From: a virus
Taxonomy: Duplodnaviria > Caudoviricetes
DNA: 64,000 nt
Virus record (IMG/VR): IMGVR_UViG_3300042199_000463
Coordinates: 1-64,000 of that record
Reading direction: 5' to 3' (one strand)
Both the position numbers and the translations under genes were made by a program. The notes beneath the pieces were generated by a model. The model was given only the letters and a program-made list of their open reading frames with translations, searched no databases and was not told the origin of the DNA. How positions within the stretch are numbered: position 1 is the stretch's first letter; each line of letters opens with the position of its first letter. Shown here in pieces: positions 1 to 8,580 of this stretch.

Positions 1-239
1 GCTGGCAAGTTAACTGTCACCGCACCCGCAACAGACAAATCCGTCACAACAGTGCAGTCAGTTGACGCCGACACAGTGACAGGAGAAGTCGTCGCAACTC
101 GAATCGCCTGTTTCATTTCCTCAGAAACTGCAGCGTTGTTTCCGACGTCGATCAAAAACGCGGAAAGAGATGACCAGTTTAATTCGCCCGCCGCGGGCAC
201 GCTATAAGTTGTTCCGTTGAAAGTGACTGAGGTACTAAT
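1..239 (-). CDS. Phage 2 virion structural protein, N-terminal part (runs off the window edge); apparent ATT start
   Basis: Manual translation: (I/M)STSVTFNGTTYSVPAAGELNWSSLSAFLIDVGNNAAVSEEMKQAIRVATTSPVTV, Thr/Val/Ser-rich. GGAGG lies 5 nt upstream of ATT at 239; directly downstream of the capsid gene. Confidence 0.65.
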   Translation of the reverse strand, partial: MSTSVTFNGTTYSVPAAGELNWSSLSAFLIDVGNNAAVSEEMKQAIRVATTSPVTVSASTDCTVVTDLSVAGAVTVNLP

Positions 240-259
240 GGGAGCCTCCAAGAAATATG

Positions 260-283
260 AGAGGAGCGGTTGCCCGCCCCTCT
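260..283 (-). terminator. Stem-loop after the phage 2 capsid gene (terminator/attenuator candidate)
   Basis: Minus strand AGAGGGGCGG-GCAA-CCGCTCCTCT: 10-bp stem with one G-U pair and a GNRA loop, followed by CATATTTCTT. Confidence 0.6.
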
Positions 284-298
284 GTTAACTTTGTTATA

Positions 299-1621
299 CT
301 ATGATGCGCTTTCGTCGTTAACACCGCTCCATAGCAAGCTACGAGCTGGTGCGTGGCAGAATACGTACTGATCAGAGAATGTACGGAATGCGTAGGCAGC
401 TTGATTTTCCAGAGGATAGATCAAGTCCTTGTCAACGCCTGGTACGCTCATGCTGATTTCAGCAGAACCTGAACGGCTCCAGTCAGCAGCGTGCAGTCCG
501 AATACGTCGCCTTCCATTACCATGCGGTGCGATTTGATAACCGCTTTACCAGCTTGGTGATAGAATACGATCGCTTCAGAACCGTTGTCCGCTTCGTTTG
601 TCTTGTACGAAGAATCGTACATACGCTTAGCAGCTTCAGTGCTGATCAATGTGCCCCATGTGCGTGGGTTAACGTAGATGTTCAAATCGCCGTCAAGTCC
701 GCCACGGTTTACGGCTGCTGCAACGCCAGTTTGCAAGCGGTCGAAGGTAAACTTAACACTGTTAAGTGCTACGCTGTTGCCTTTCCACAAGCTGTACTGT
801 GTATTGCTGATGCCAAACAAGCTAGAGCTGCTGCTCAAAATCTTGTGAACGCCCATTGCGTCCTTAGCTGTTTCCATGCCGTCGAAGCACAAACGGTGCG
901 ACGATGTGGAAGATGCCGCTACTGGTACGAAATCGACGACTAGCACGCCCATGTCAGCGTCAACGCCGACAAGCTTACCTTCAGCAACGACAACGCCGGA
1001 GCTGTTGATTTGCTTAACGATCGCGCCTTCGGAGCCAACCCAGATTCCTGCTGCAAAGTCGCCTGGCTTGAGGAGAATCATCTTTTCAGATGTGTTCACG
1101 CCGTTTGTGAATGCAACGGACGAGCCGTTAACAGTCAAAGAGCCAGTTCCGTTTGTGAATGCTACGCCGCGATATGTTGCGGTTGCATACGAAACGTAAC
1201 CAAGCTTTTTGTCAGCTTGACCGTACAAGCGAATGATTTCCAAAAGCTTTCCGTGTGACTTGAGGTTGTTCTTGACTATGTGCTTTGTTCCAGAAACGAA
1301 AGCTTTTTCGCCGCCGCCTGCAGAACGAGACAAAACAGTCCACGGCACTACGGACGCCAAAACTGTTGGCGAAGGTGTTACTGTGGTTTGCTTTACCGCA
1401 CCTGCGATAGCTGGATTAAGTTCAAACGCGTCGTTTGATCCGAGTGTCCAACCAGTTTCAGCAGTAAGAATTACCGCTTCAGAGTAGCTTTCGCCGACTT
1501 TTTGCTTTTCGGTGAATGGAATGTCTTTTTGCAACATGTAATCTTCTGGCTGAAGATCGTTGATGTTGCCGTAAACTTTTTTAAACAGATTTACTACATC
1601 TGCGCTTGATACTTGACTCAT
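299..1621 (-). CDS. Major capsid protein of phage 2
   Basis: 440 aa; follows the scaffold-like gene; capsid-like size and composition (LFKKVYG N-terminus, LNIYVNPRTW segment). Call rests mainly on context. Confidence 0.8.
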   Translation of the reverse strand: MSQVSSADVVNLFKKVYGNINDLQPEDYMLQKDIPFTEKQKVGESYSEAVILTAETGWTLGSNDAFELNPAIAGAVKQTTVTPSPTVLASVVPWTVLSRSAGGGEKAFVSGTKHIVKNNLKSHGKLLEIIRLYGQADKKLGYVSYATATYRGVAFTNGTGSLTVNGSSVAFTNGVNTSEKMILLKPGDFAAGIWVGSEGAIVKQINSSGVVVAEGKLVGVDADMGVLVVDFVPVAASSTSSHRLCFDGMETAKDAMGVHKILSSSSSLFGISNTQYSLWKGNSVALNSVKFTFDRLQTGVAAAVNRGGLDGDLNIYVNPRTWGTLISTEAAKRMYDSSYKTNEADNGSEAIVFYHQAGKAVIKSHRMVMEGDVFGLHAADWSRSGSAEISMSVPGVDKDLIYPLENQAAYAFRTFSDQYVFCHAPARSLLWSGVNDESAS

Positions 1622-1650
1622 GTTTTATCCCTTCCTTGGGTTAAAAATTG

Positions 1651-2151
1651 TTACTTGGATTTCCAGATGATCTTGATTGCAATGGTTCCAGCGGTCAAAG
1701 CGTCGAAGTCCGGTGTGTTACCGAAATCAACTTTGAATCCGATGTTGCCACTTGCGCCTAAAGCAACTTCAGTTGCTAAGGTCGATGCGGTCAACGCCGA
1801 GCTGTCTTGTACAAGTTTTTCAACTAGCGTCGCGCCGCCGGTGCCGCTGTAGCACTTAGCAGACATGTACAAAACTTCTTTGGCTTGGCCAGCCATGTTG
1901 ATCACGCCGCCGAATGCGTCTGCACCCATGCTGGTCGCGTCAAATGCTGCAAGCAAAAACTCGTTTGTTGTGCCAAGGAAGCTGTCGATCACGGCTTGCG
2001 ATGCAAAAGCATCGAACGTGTGAAGAACAGGCATTGCTTGGATTTCGGTTGCCGTTTTTGCGGCTGTGATGTTGAAAACAAGGTCAAGTTCACGGCTTTC
2101 ACCGCGTTGTACCTTCTCGTTCCAGTACATAAGAGAAACATTGGATGACAT
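1651..2151 (-). CDS. Putative head decoration/cement protein of phage 2
   Basis: 166 aa, Ala/Thr-rich, between scaffold and capsid genes. Confidence 0.5.
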   Translation of the reverse strand: MSSNVSLMYWNEKVQRGESRELDLVFNITAAKTATEIQAMPVLHTFDAFASQAVIDSFLGTTNEFLLAAFDATSMGADAFGGVINMAGQAKEVLYMSAKCYSGTGGATLVEKLVQDSSALTASTLATEVALGASGNIGFKVDFGNTPDFDALTAGTIAIKIIWKSK

Positions 2152-2164
2152 TTTAAACTCCTAG

Positions 2165-3088
2165 TTATGCAAATTTTTGTTCAAGTTTATCGAAAAAATC
2201 GTCTGTTGAAATCTTTGTCGGTTTTCTCGCCGCCGTAGTGGTGGGCGTTACCTTCTGAGGTTTAACAGTTCCAGAAGTTACCTGATCAACAAAATACTTA
2301 CGGATAGCATCGACGTATGTTTTCGGTAGCTTTGTAAGTAAATCCTCAACTTTGGTAGCTTCGATACGGCTTAGAAAATCTTTTTCCGACTGCGCTAAAA
2401 CGTACTCAAGAGCTTCTTTAGCCGTAATGTCTTTGTTGCCTTTTTCACTTGTTAAGTGAGCCAGCATGTATTGTGCGACGTTTTCGAGGATTGCTGGATT
2501 AGGTTTTAAACCTTTTTCCTTCAGTACTTCGGTCAACGTCGTATCAATTTCTTGAATCTGACTTAATTTTAGTTTCTCAGTCTCAGCTTTTGCAAGTTCT
2601 TCTTTTTGTTTTGCTTCTTGTTCTGCATAGAACTTGGTTCTAGCCTTTTCTTCGTCCAGCTCTTTTTGGAGCTTGTACGATCTTTTCTGATCCTCATTCA
2701 TCATCTCAAATTCTATCTTTTTCAGTAACCTTTGCTCGGCGATTTCGTCTGGATCGAATCCACTTTCTTGTGCTACTTCCCAGAAATTTTCTTTAAGCTT
2801 TTTTTGGTAATCAGCTAACTTCTTCTCTGATTCCTTAGCTTTTCGCTCGATCTCAGCGGCTTTCTGAAACTTCAAGTCAGCGGCACGCTCTTTTTGATAG
2901 TGCTTAACAAGGTCTTCAACGCTTACTTCTTCTTCTTTATCGTAAATCTTGGCTTTGACCTTAGCTTTTTGGTCGGCATAAATTGCCGCCTCTTTTGCTT
3001 CGGTCTTTTTCTTCTCAGGATCACCCGCACCTGTGACATTCGGCGTTGCGTCTAGCGGTCCGCTCGCTTCGGTTGCTGCTGCTTCCAT
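2165..3088 (-). CDS. Capsid scaffolding protein of phage 2
   Basis: 307 aa, highly charged coiled-coil (E/K/A/Q), low-complexity ends, upstream of the capsid gene. Confidence 0.75.
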   Translation of the reverse strand: MEAAATEASGPLDATPNVTGAGDPEKKKTEAKEAAIYADQKAKVKAKIYDKEEEVSVEDLVKHYQKERAADLKFQKAAEIERKAKESEKKLADYQKKLKENFWEVAQESGFDPDEIAEQRLLKKIEFEMMNEDQKRSYKLQKELDEEKARTKFYAEQEAKQKEELAKAETEKLKLSQIQEIDTTLTEVLKEKGLKPNPAILENVAQYMLAHLTSEKGNKDITAKEALEYVLAQSEKDFLSRIEATKVEDLLTKLPKTYVDAIRKYFVDQVTSGTVKPQKVTPTTTAARKPTKISTDDFFDKLEQKFA

Positions 3089-3099
3089 TGTAGAGCCTC

Positions 3100-3483
3100 C
3101 TATTCAAAAAGGATTAAAAGTTGCACTTTCCGACTCTCTGTTGGAGCGTCGGTAAACTTGATTTTGACTATAAGCTGGCCTTGATTGTTCAAAAACCACG
3201 TGATTCCGTCGATGCCAGACGATGTGCTTAGGACGCGCAAAGGAATTACGCCACTTGGACGCTTTCCAGACGTGGAAATCTGCGTTTCTGTATCGTGTTT
3301 TAGCGTGGATTCTGTAACAAGGCAGTTGAAGTTATCTTGGAACGTGAGCCCGTTCCGTAATGCGCGCAAAACCTGATCGCTCACGTCGTTTAAAAACGTG
3401 AGAGCTTCCTGAAGCTGTTGGCCCGCGTCCGTTGCGACCAATTTAGAGACTTCTAAAAGCCTCTGAATGCTTAGTTTTGCCAT
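3100..3483 (-). CDS. Small virion protein of phage 2
   Basis: 127 aa in the head operon with LRNGLTFQDNF motif; co-oriented and tightly packed. Confidence 0.5.
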   Translation of the reverse strand: MAKLSIQRLLEVSKLVATDAGQQLQEALTFLNDVSDQVLRALRNGLTFQDNFNCLVTESTLKHDTETQISTSGKRPSGVIPLRVLSTSSGIDGITWFLNNQGQLIVKIKFTDAPTESRKVQLLILFE

Positions 3484-3490
3484 ATGCTCA

Positions 3491-4939
3491 TTATTTTCGG
3501 AAAGTTCCGAAGGACTTTACATTAAAGTTACCAGAAAAGTCATTGGAAAACACCTTAGGCTGGATAGATTCAGCAACAGTGACCATAGGCGGCTTTGCGA
3601 TCTGCTTAACGAACGCGAGGTTTTGATCCATGTAGTAGGTCGGAAGCGGCGAGGTGCGGTCAACCATGCGTAGGCCATAACTCAGAGCTGCCAAGGCGTC
3701 ACAGTGTCCCAATATGTCACTGCGGGCAAAGTCTGTGCGCTTGTCGTTATACTGGCCTGAGTCGAGGGATTGAATCAAAAACGCGCATCTCGGATGTACC
3801 AGCACTTGATCGGTCGCGAACATGACTTGCATGTTGTTGATTCCAGATTGCCAGTCGTCTTTTCGCGGCACACGGATCGAGAACTTGTGCGAGCGTTCAA
3901 GGTCAATCTGTAGCTGCCCTGGCGCGTCGGCCCATCGTGCCGTGATCTCGTGCCCGTACGCAACGGCTTCGGCTTCCATCTGCAGCACACCTTGCACAAT
4001 GTCGGTCGTCGGTGTGTTAGCAGGGAATATGCGCTCGTCACGAATCAAAATCTTGTTCTCAAGAAAGTCGTAACAAAACAAAATCGCTGCTGTCTTGTCG
4101 CGCACGCCACCAAAGTCGATGCTAACTTGCCAGTTTCCATAGTCAGGAATGCGGAAATCTTTAACGTGTTTGTCCTGATTAAATGTCGGCACGATGATAA
4201 TCGACTCATCACGCACGATCTGTGCAAGGTACTCACGACGCCATGCTGCAGAATCCTCGCCGCCGCATAGCTTTTTAGCTTTTTCGATCTGTTCTTCTGT
4301 GATCTGTGGATTGTCATAAATGGTGTAACGGAACAGCGCGTTATTCAGCGCTGCCTTGGGCAAAATGTCTGTATGCAGCACGTGCGATGGATCGGATGAC
4401 GGCGAGCTGATGTGAACAAGTCGCCCACTTGAGCGCAAAAGCTGCGGCCCGATAACTGATTCGACTGCATAACGGTAATCGTCTGACGAAATAAATCCAG
4501 CTTCTTCTGTGATGATTAGCGACGCGTTACCGCCACGGTTATAGTCCACGTTTGCGCGTTCTAGCGGCCCAAGGCGCAACGTCGAGTCGCCCACTTTCCA
4601 GCGGTACGTGGTCTTGTGACGCTCTATTAGCCCCGCAGGAGCGTCTTTTGTGATCGGCGCAAGGTTGTCGTTTACGATGTCTTGAACCTGTTTGAGCGTC
4701 GGGGCGAGAATGCGCACAATTGAGCCTGGATGCTTAATGCAGTATTCGAGAGCGTACACGACGCCGTAGAATGACTTTCCAAGCTGGCGCGACGACAAGA
4801 TACAGATTTCGTCTGATGTGGACGCTTCAACAGAGTCGTGCATTTTGCGCTGTGTGCTGTGCAGCTTCCATCTCAGGTCGCCACGACGCCACATGTAGTC
4901 TTTTAGTTCGTTTTTATGGACGAATTCTTGTTTTTCCAA
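3491..4939 (-). CDS. terL: Terminase large subunit of phage 2
   Basis: 482 aa; Walker A SSRQLGKS, Walker B IITEEAG, coupling motif ISSP, nuclease acidic motifs SIDFGG and HCDALAA; TTG start. Confidence 0.92.
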   Translation of the reverse strand: MEKQEFVHKNELKDYMWRRGDLRWKLHSTQRKMHDSVEASTSDEICILSSRQLGKSFYGVVYALEYCIKHPGSIVRILAPTLKQVQDIVNDNLAPITKDAPAGLIERHKTTYRWKVGDSTLRLGPLERANVDYNRGGNASLIITEEAGFISSDDYRYAVESVIGPQLLRSSGRLVHISSPSSDPSHVLHTDILPKAALNNALFRYTIYDNPQITEEQIEKAKKLCGGEDSAAWRREYLAQIVRDESIIIVPTFNQDKHVKDFRIPDYGNWQVSIDFGGVRDKTAAILFCYDFLENKILIRDERIFPANTPTTDIVQGVLQMEAEAVAYGHEITARWADAPGQLQIDLERSHKFSIRVPRKDDWQSGINNMQVMFATDQVLVHPRCAFLIQSLDSGQYNDKRTDFARSDILGHCDALAALSYGLRMVDRTSPLPTYYMDQNLAFVKQIAKPPMVTVAESIQPKVFSNDFSGNFNVKSFGTFRK

Positions 4940-4975
4940 GGCACTAGCTCCACTGATCTTCCGAAGAAGGTACAG

Positions 4976-5191
4976 TTATGGCTGTTTAGGATTTTCTCTT
5001 ATGCGCCACCAAAAATGTCCAGACAAAAGTCAGCCTATAAATGGCACCATAGGATGCGCGTAACTCCATGACAAGATAAGATGACTTATTGTTCCTTCAG
5101 TGCCGCCTTCTGTGTAGGCATACACGTCGTATAGCGCAAGAACAACGATAGTAACCATGACAACGACAGATATAAGTTTTCGAATGTTCAT
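4976..5191 (-). pseudogene. Small membrane protein interrupted by an in-frame TGA (copy 1)
   Basis: MNIRKLISVVVMVTIVVLALYDVYAYTEGGTEGTISHLILSWSYAHPMVPFIG*LLSGHFWWRIRENPKQP*; TGA at 5030-5032 falls inside the second hydrophobic segment; ATGA overlap with the upstream gene. Confidence 0.6.
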
Positions 5192-5694
5192 AAAGTCTCG
5201 CTCAAAGGAAGTCCAAGATAAGTTTCGATTTTATTTACGAATGCTAAGAGCCTATTAGCCGTAACGTATTTTTCGTCATACTCAGAGGTTGGTGTCGCCC
5301 TAATACGAGTGATTGCCTCGTATAGCGAACCCGCCTGCAATGCTAGCTGAACGGAAGCCAGCTTTGTTAATACTTGTCCTGTCTTGCCTTCTGTAGTGAT
5401 ACCGAGAAGCACGTTTTCAGCGGCATAGTTGATCAATAGTTGATTGCCGAACTGGATTGCGTTTTTGATAACGCTAGAAACATAGGCATGTGCTGTGTTT
5501 GGGACGTGCGAACTAATGGCGGTTTCTACCGAAGCTTGCTCAAAAAGAGTCAAAGATACTCCAGCATGCACCGTTATATCGGTGCCTGATGTCGAGACTC
5601 CGGAGATACTCGTAGGATTAACTGCCAGGATTTCCCCAATAAGTTGCTCGGGAAGATACGAAGTGCTCCTAGTGTAAGAGTAATCTGGCATCAA
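5188..5694 (-). CDS. Hypothetical protein of the shared cassette (168 aa)
   Basis: Co-oriented, overlaps neighbours; identical to 45907-46413. Confidence 0.7.
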   Translation of the reverse strand: MMPDYSYTRSTSYLPEQLIGEILAVNPTSISGVSTSGTDITVHAGVSLTLFEQASVETAISSHVPNTAHAYVSSVIKNAIQFGNQLLINYAAENVLLGITTEGKTGQVLTKLASVQLALQAGSLYEAITRIRATPTSEYDEKYVTANRLLAFVNKIETYLGLPLSETL

Positions 5695-6185
5695 GCTATC
5701 CTAACAATGATGATTGACCGCATATTACCAGTCAAAGTTTTCCCGCCAGTGGTGTTCCAGCGGAGAGTTAGCACATCACTAGTTATTAGCGTGGTGATAA
5801 TCCCTTGAGAATACATCATCCCCTGGTTGCCCCCTGTAAAAAAGGAAGCATTGGTGCCTGTTATCAACGTGCCATTTTTATAGAGCCCGATTACTGGCGT
5901 ACCATCGCCGCCTGAACTTGACGCAGAAAATGCCAACGTCCCAGTTATAAGGTATGTCCCGCTCAATAAAACGGTTAGAGACATGGAATTGATAGCGACT
6001 GGGGTGTTGGAAGATGTGGTTGTTGAGGATGTTGCCGCTATTTGTTGATACGACAGCGACCCAGAAAGTATAGATTGTTTAGCTTCCTCGATGGCTGCCT
6101 GAACCGTAGTGGAAGCGAACCCGTTCGTCGAGTTGTCAAATGCCGTGATGCTAGCACTTGCTGTGCGCTTTAAATTAAAGCTCAC
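5691..6185 (-). CDS. Putative virion accessory/fibre-like protein (164 aa)
   Basis: Ser/Thr/Gly-rich beta-type sequence (GTYLITGTLAF); identical to 46410-46904. Confidence 0.65.
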   Translation of the reverse strand: MSFNLKRTASASITAFDNSTNGFASTTVQAAIEEAKQSILSGSLSYQQIAATSSTTTSSNTPVAINSMSLTVLLSGTYLITGTLAFSASSSGGDGTPVIGLYKNGTLITGTNASFFTGGNQGMMYSQGIITTLITSDVLTLRWNTTGGKTLTGNMRSIIIVRIA

Positions 6186-6504
6186 GATTCACCCACATAC
6201 TGAATGTCGCTGTAGATGAGTTTGTGCGTAGGAAGATTTGCTGTTTCGATTTGGGGGTAATCTCTAAAGAATCGCCAGGTCCAAGCGAAGTATAGTTTGT
6301 TCCTGCGTTATCCAGAGCCACCCAAATGCGAATGCCCCCTGAAACATCTCTGTCATTTTCTACGACAACGCTTTGGATATTGGTGGTTGCTGTTGTTGGG
6401 TATGCTGTCCAGGTTGTTGTAGCAGTGCCGCGAATGACTGTGGTCGTGCCGTCCGTTGTCAGCACTTCCGAGAACACATCCCCAGCTGAAAATCCGCTGC
6501 CCAT
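6175..6504 (-). CDS. Small beta-rich virion accessory protein (109 aa)
   Basis: Thr-rich, resembles the 123-aa, 104-aa and 338-aa C-terminal domains; identical to 46894-47223. Confidence 0.6.
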   Translation of the reverse strand: MGSGFSAGDVFSEVLTTDGTTTVIRGTATTTWTAYPTTATTNIQSVVVENDRDVSGGIRIWVALDNAGTNYTSLGPGDSLEITPKSKQQIFLRTNSSTATFSMWVNREL

Positions 6505-6827
6505 TATTTCTTCCCTGGCTTACCTGGGTTGTATGCCTTTATCTTAACGTCACCCAAGCCGGGAAGTCCCGGCTCAGATGGTTTAGATTCTACCGGAACC
6601 GAAGGGGGCACAAGCTCCCCTTCAGGCTTTTCAGAAGGTTTCTGAGAGAAAGCTTTAGCCATATCCTGCACTAAGTTTTGGAGCCAACGAACAGCGTCAC
6701 CGCTTCTCGTCAGATCTTTCCACCCAACCGAACACTGAACCGTGTTCATGAGCGTGCTAAGTTGGTGCATGTGCCGTAAATCTTGCTCTGAAACTTCTGA
6801 AACTTTCATGCTTATGCAAACTCCCAA
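6504..6827 (-). CDS. Hypothetical protein with Pro/Lys-rich tail (107 aa)
   Basis: Co-oriented in the cassette; identical to 47223-47546. Confidence 0.65.
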   Translation of the reverse strand: MGVCISMKVSEVSEQDLRHMHQLSTLMNTVQCSVGWKDLTRSGDAVRWLQNLVQDMAKAFSQKPSEKPEGELVPPSVPVESKPSEPGLPGLGDVKIKAYNPGKPGKK

Positions 6828-7828
6828 ACCATTACGTCTTTGCCAGCGGCGTTAGCAACACCATAAACCAAGTTAGCTGGGCCAACGTCCAAAGAAACGA
6901 ACCCGCCGTCACCAATCTTAAATCCGCGTGTTGAGCCTGTGTTGGTCACTGTAGCAGATCCAAGGTACAACGATCCACTCGAAAGCATTTGAATCATCAT
7001 GGATGATCGGTTGCTTAGCGAAGTAGCTGGAAGCTGTACTGCGGATGTGCCCACAGTAACGATTTGTTGCAAGTTAGAAGACGCCGCAACGTCTTTAACG
7101 TACTGCGCACCTTTGATGTCAACCGCGAAACCAGAGTAATCACCGTTTGCCGAGGTGAGCGACGTTGCTTGATTGTCGTTACGGACACCCAAGGAGAAAC
7201 TACCCACGTTTCCTGAAACGTGTGCACTGTCTTCAGCATAGTTATCACCGATAGTGATCGACGCTGCTACTTTCAATTCACCGTTTGCATTCACTTGCAA
7301 TGGCGAGAAGTCCCCGTCAGCAACACCGGTCAAAGGGCCGGATGCGTCTTTGCGAACGGCCAACGCTTCAATACCCATCGATCCCGCTGCCCAAACGGAG
7401 CCATCTGCATAGTCCAAGCCTTCAAGAACTGCTTGAATTGCGGAAAGTGCTGTATTTGCTCCGGTGTCTTTTACGTACAATTCACCGAGGTTGTTGCTCT
7501 TGAACGAGCCGTAGTCACCGTCAGCCGATGTGCTGGCAGCAAGTGTGTCTTGACGAACTAAGAGAGCTTGTATGCCCATATCGCCGGACGAATGTGCGCT
7601 GTCTTCAGCGAAATCTAACGCCTGAAACAACGACAAAATGGAGGCAAGTGTAGTTTCGGTAGCCGCACCAGTTGGCAAGGCCGACCCAGTGACGTTGACG
7701 TCCATGCTAGTGCCGGTAGCGGTGATAACCGTTCCGCCTGCAATTACGTTAGCACCAATGTTGTCGCTATTAGCGACATCTGCACTGTCGAAAACGATCT
7801 TAGTTTTACCCGCGCCTGTCTGAGACAT
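6812..7828 (-). CDS. Repeat-containing virion accessory protein (338 aa)
   Basis: Three internal AEDSAH-SG-type repeats plus a C-terminal beta domain; homologue at 47531-48547. Confidence 0.7.
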   Translation of the reverse strand: MSQTGAGKTKIVFDSADVANSDNIGANVIAGGTVITATGTSMDVNVTGSALPTGAATETTLASILSLFQALDFAEDSAHSSGDMGIQALLVRQDTLAASTSADGDYGSFKSNNLGELYVKDTGANTALSAIQAVLEGLDYADGSVWAAGSMGIEALAVRKDASGPLTGVADGDFSPLQVNANGELKVAASITIGDNYAEDSAHVSGNVGSFSLGVRNDNQATSLTSANGDYSGFAVDIKGAQYVKDVAASSNLQQIVTVGTSAVQLPATSLSNRSSMMIQMLSSGSLYLGSATVTNTGSTRGFKIGDGGFVSLDVGPANLVYGVANAAGKDVMVWEFA

Positions 7829-8505
7829 AGTGAACCTCGCAATTAAAGTTTATGTACCCTAACAACGTGGCATGTGTCGGATGGCCAACCGAAAAGTTTA
7901 GCTCCAGTAAATCAGTTCGACGTACTGAGCGGCAGAAGGCGACTCAAAATAGACAGTTACCACTGCGGATGATTTTATATCATTTACCCAGTTGGTAACA
8001 TATGGGTCGAAGGTAAAATAATCCCCGCCGGACGTATGTTTTAGTTTCAGCGTGCCTGAGTTTCTATTTCTAAAACCGAAAGTCTTTGTACCTGCTGGGA
8101 ATGTGAACGAGTATTCAGTATTCGCCAAAGTCATAACTAATTTGTTGATGGTGTATGACGAAACACTCTCTACCGCGACGGTTGCAATTAGAGCTGAGTT
8201 TACGACGGTCATGCTAGTTCTTCCGTTTGAATTGTCGGCGTGCCGCTAGATGCCTTAGCGTAAATCGGAATGTCGCCTACAAGATAGTGCCGCTCGCTGC
8301 CTGATGCGACGGTAACGCCAACATATCCAGGTTCGGTGTTGTCATAGTTGATCTTGATCTCTGTGCCGCTGACATTTTGGATTGAGAGAGAGTTTCTATT
8401 CGCTAGATGCGTCAGCGGAAGCTTTGTCCACGTTGCTGCGTTGAGCGCGACCTGCGTGATCTTACCACCAATGCTCAGCCCCGCTGGCCTCGAATCAACA
8501 GTCCC
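6902..8505. repeat. Diverged continuation of the repeat (partner about 47621-49225)
   Basis: Same offset, many third-position differences; 338-aa proteins differ at about 16 positions and 104-aa proteins at 5 by my count. Confidence 0.9.
7898..8212 (-). CDS. Small beta-rich virion accessory protein (104 aa)
   Basis: Homologue at 48617-48931. Confidence 0.6.
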   Translation of the reverse strand: MTVVNSALIATVAVESVSSYTINKLVMTLANTEYSFTFPAGTKTFGFRNRNSGTLKLKHTSGGDYFTFDPYVTNWVNDIKSSAVVTVYFESPSAAQYVELIYWS

Positions 8506-8580
8506 GCCTGTAATAGCTACGGAACCTGTGACAGCATTACCACCCAATATTTGTGCTTCACAACTCATTTCACCGCCCAA
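8209..8580 (-). CDS. Small beta-rich virion accessory protein (123 aa)
   Basis: TWTKLPLTHLANRNSLSIQN motif; homologue at 48928-49275 with a different N-terminus. Confidence 0.6.
   Translation of the reverse strand: MGGEMSCEAQILGGNAVTGSVAITGGTVDSRPAGLSIGGKITQVALNAATWTKLPLTHLANRNSLSIQNVSGTEIKINYDNTEPGYVGVTVASGSERHYLVGDIPIYAKASSGTPTIQTEELA

Larger units (their letters stand above)
5002..6901. repeat. 1,900-bp direct repeat, copy 1 (partner 45721-47620)
   Basis: Identity starts at 5002/45721 (preceding base a vs c); first mismatch at 6902/47621 (c vs t). All ORFs, including shadow-frame ORFs, translate identically at offset 40,719. Not aligned base by base. Confidence 0.95.

Noticed and set aside
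5002-5010. att site of an integrated prophage
   Set aside because: No tyrosine or serine recombinase was recognised, no host DNA is present, and the repeat is 1.9 kb rather than a short core.
5030-5032. Genome-wide TGA recoding (alternative genetic code)
   Set aside because: Many genes end in TGA with ATGA overlaps and long ORFs are uninterrupted under the standard code. The other in-frame stop found is TAA.
6902-8505. Diversity-generating retroelement (TR/VR pair) as the cause of the diverged repeat
   Set aside because: No reverse transcriptase in the window; mismatches involve all bases, are mostly synonymous and span 1.6 kb, not adenine-specific over about 100 bp.
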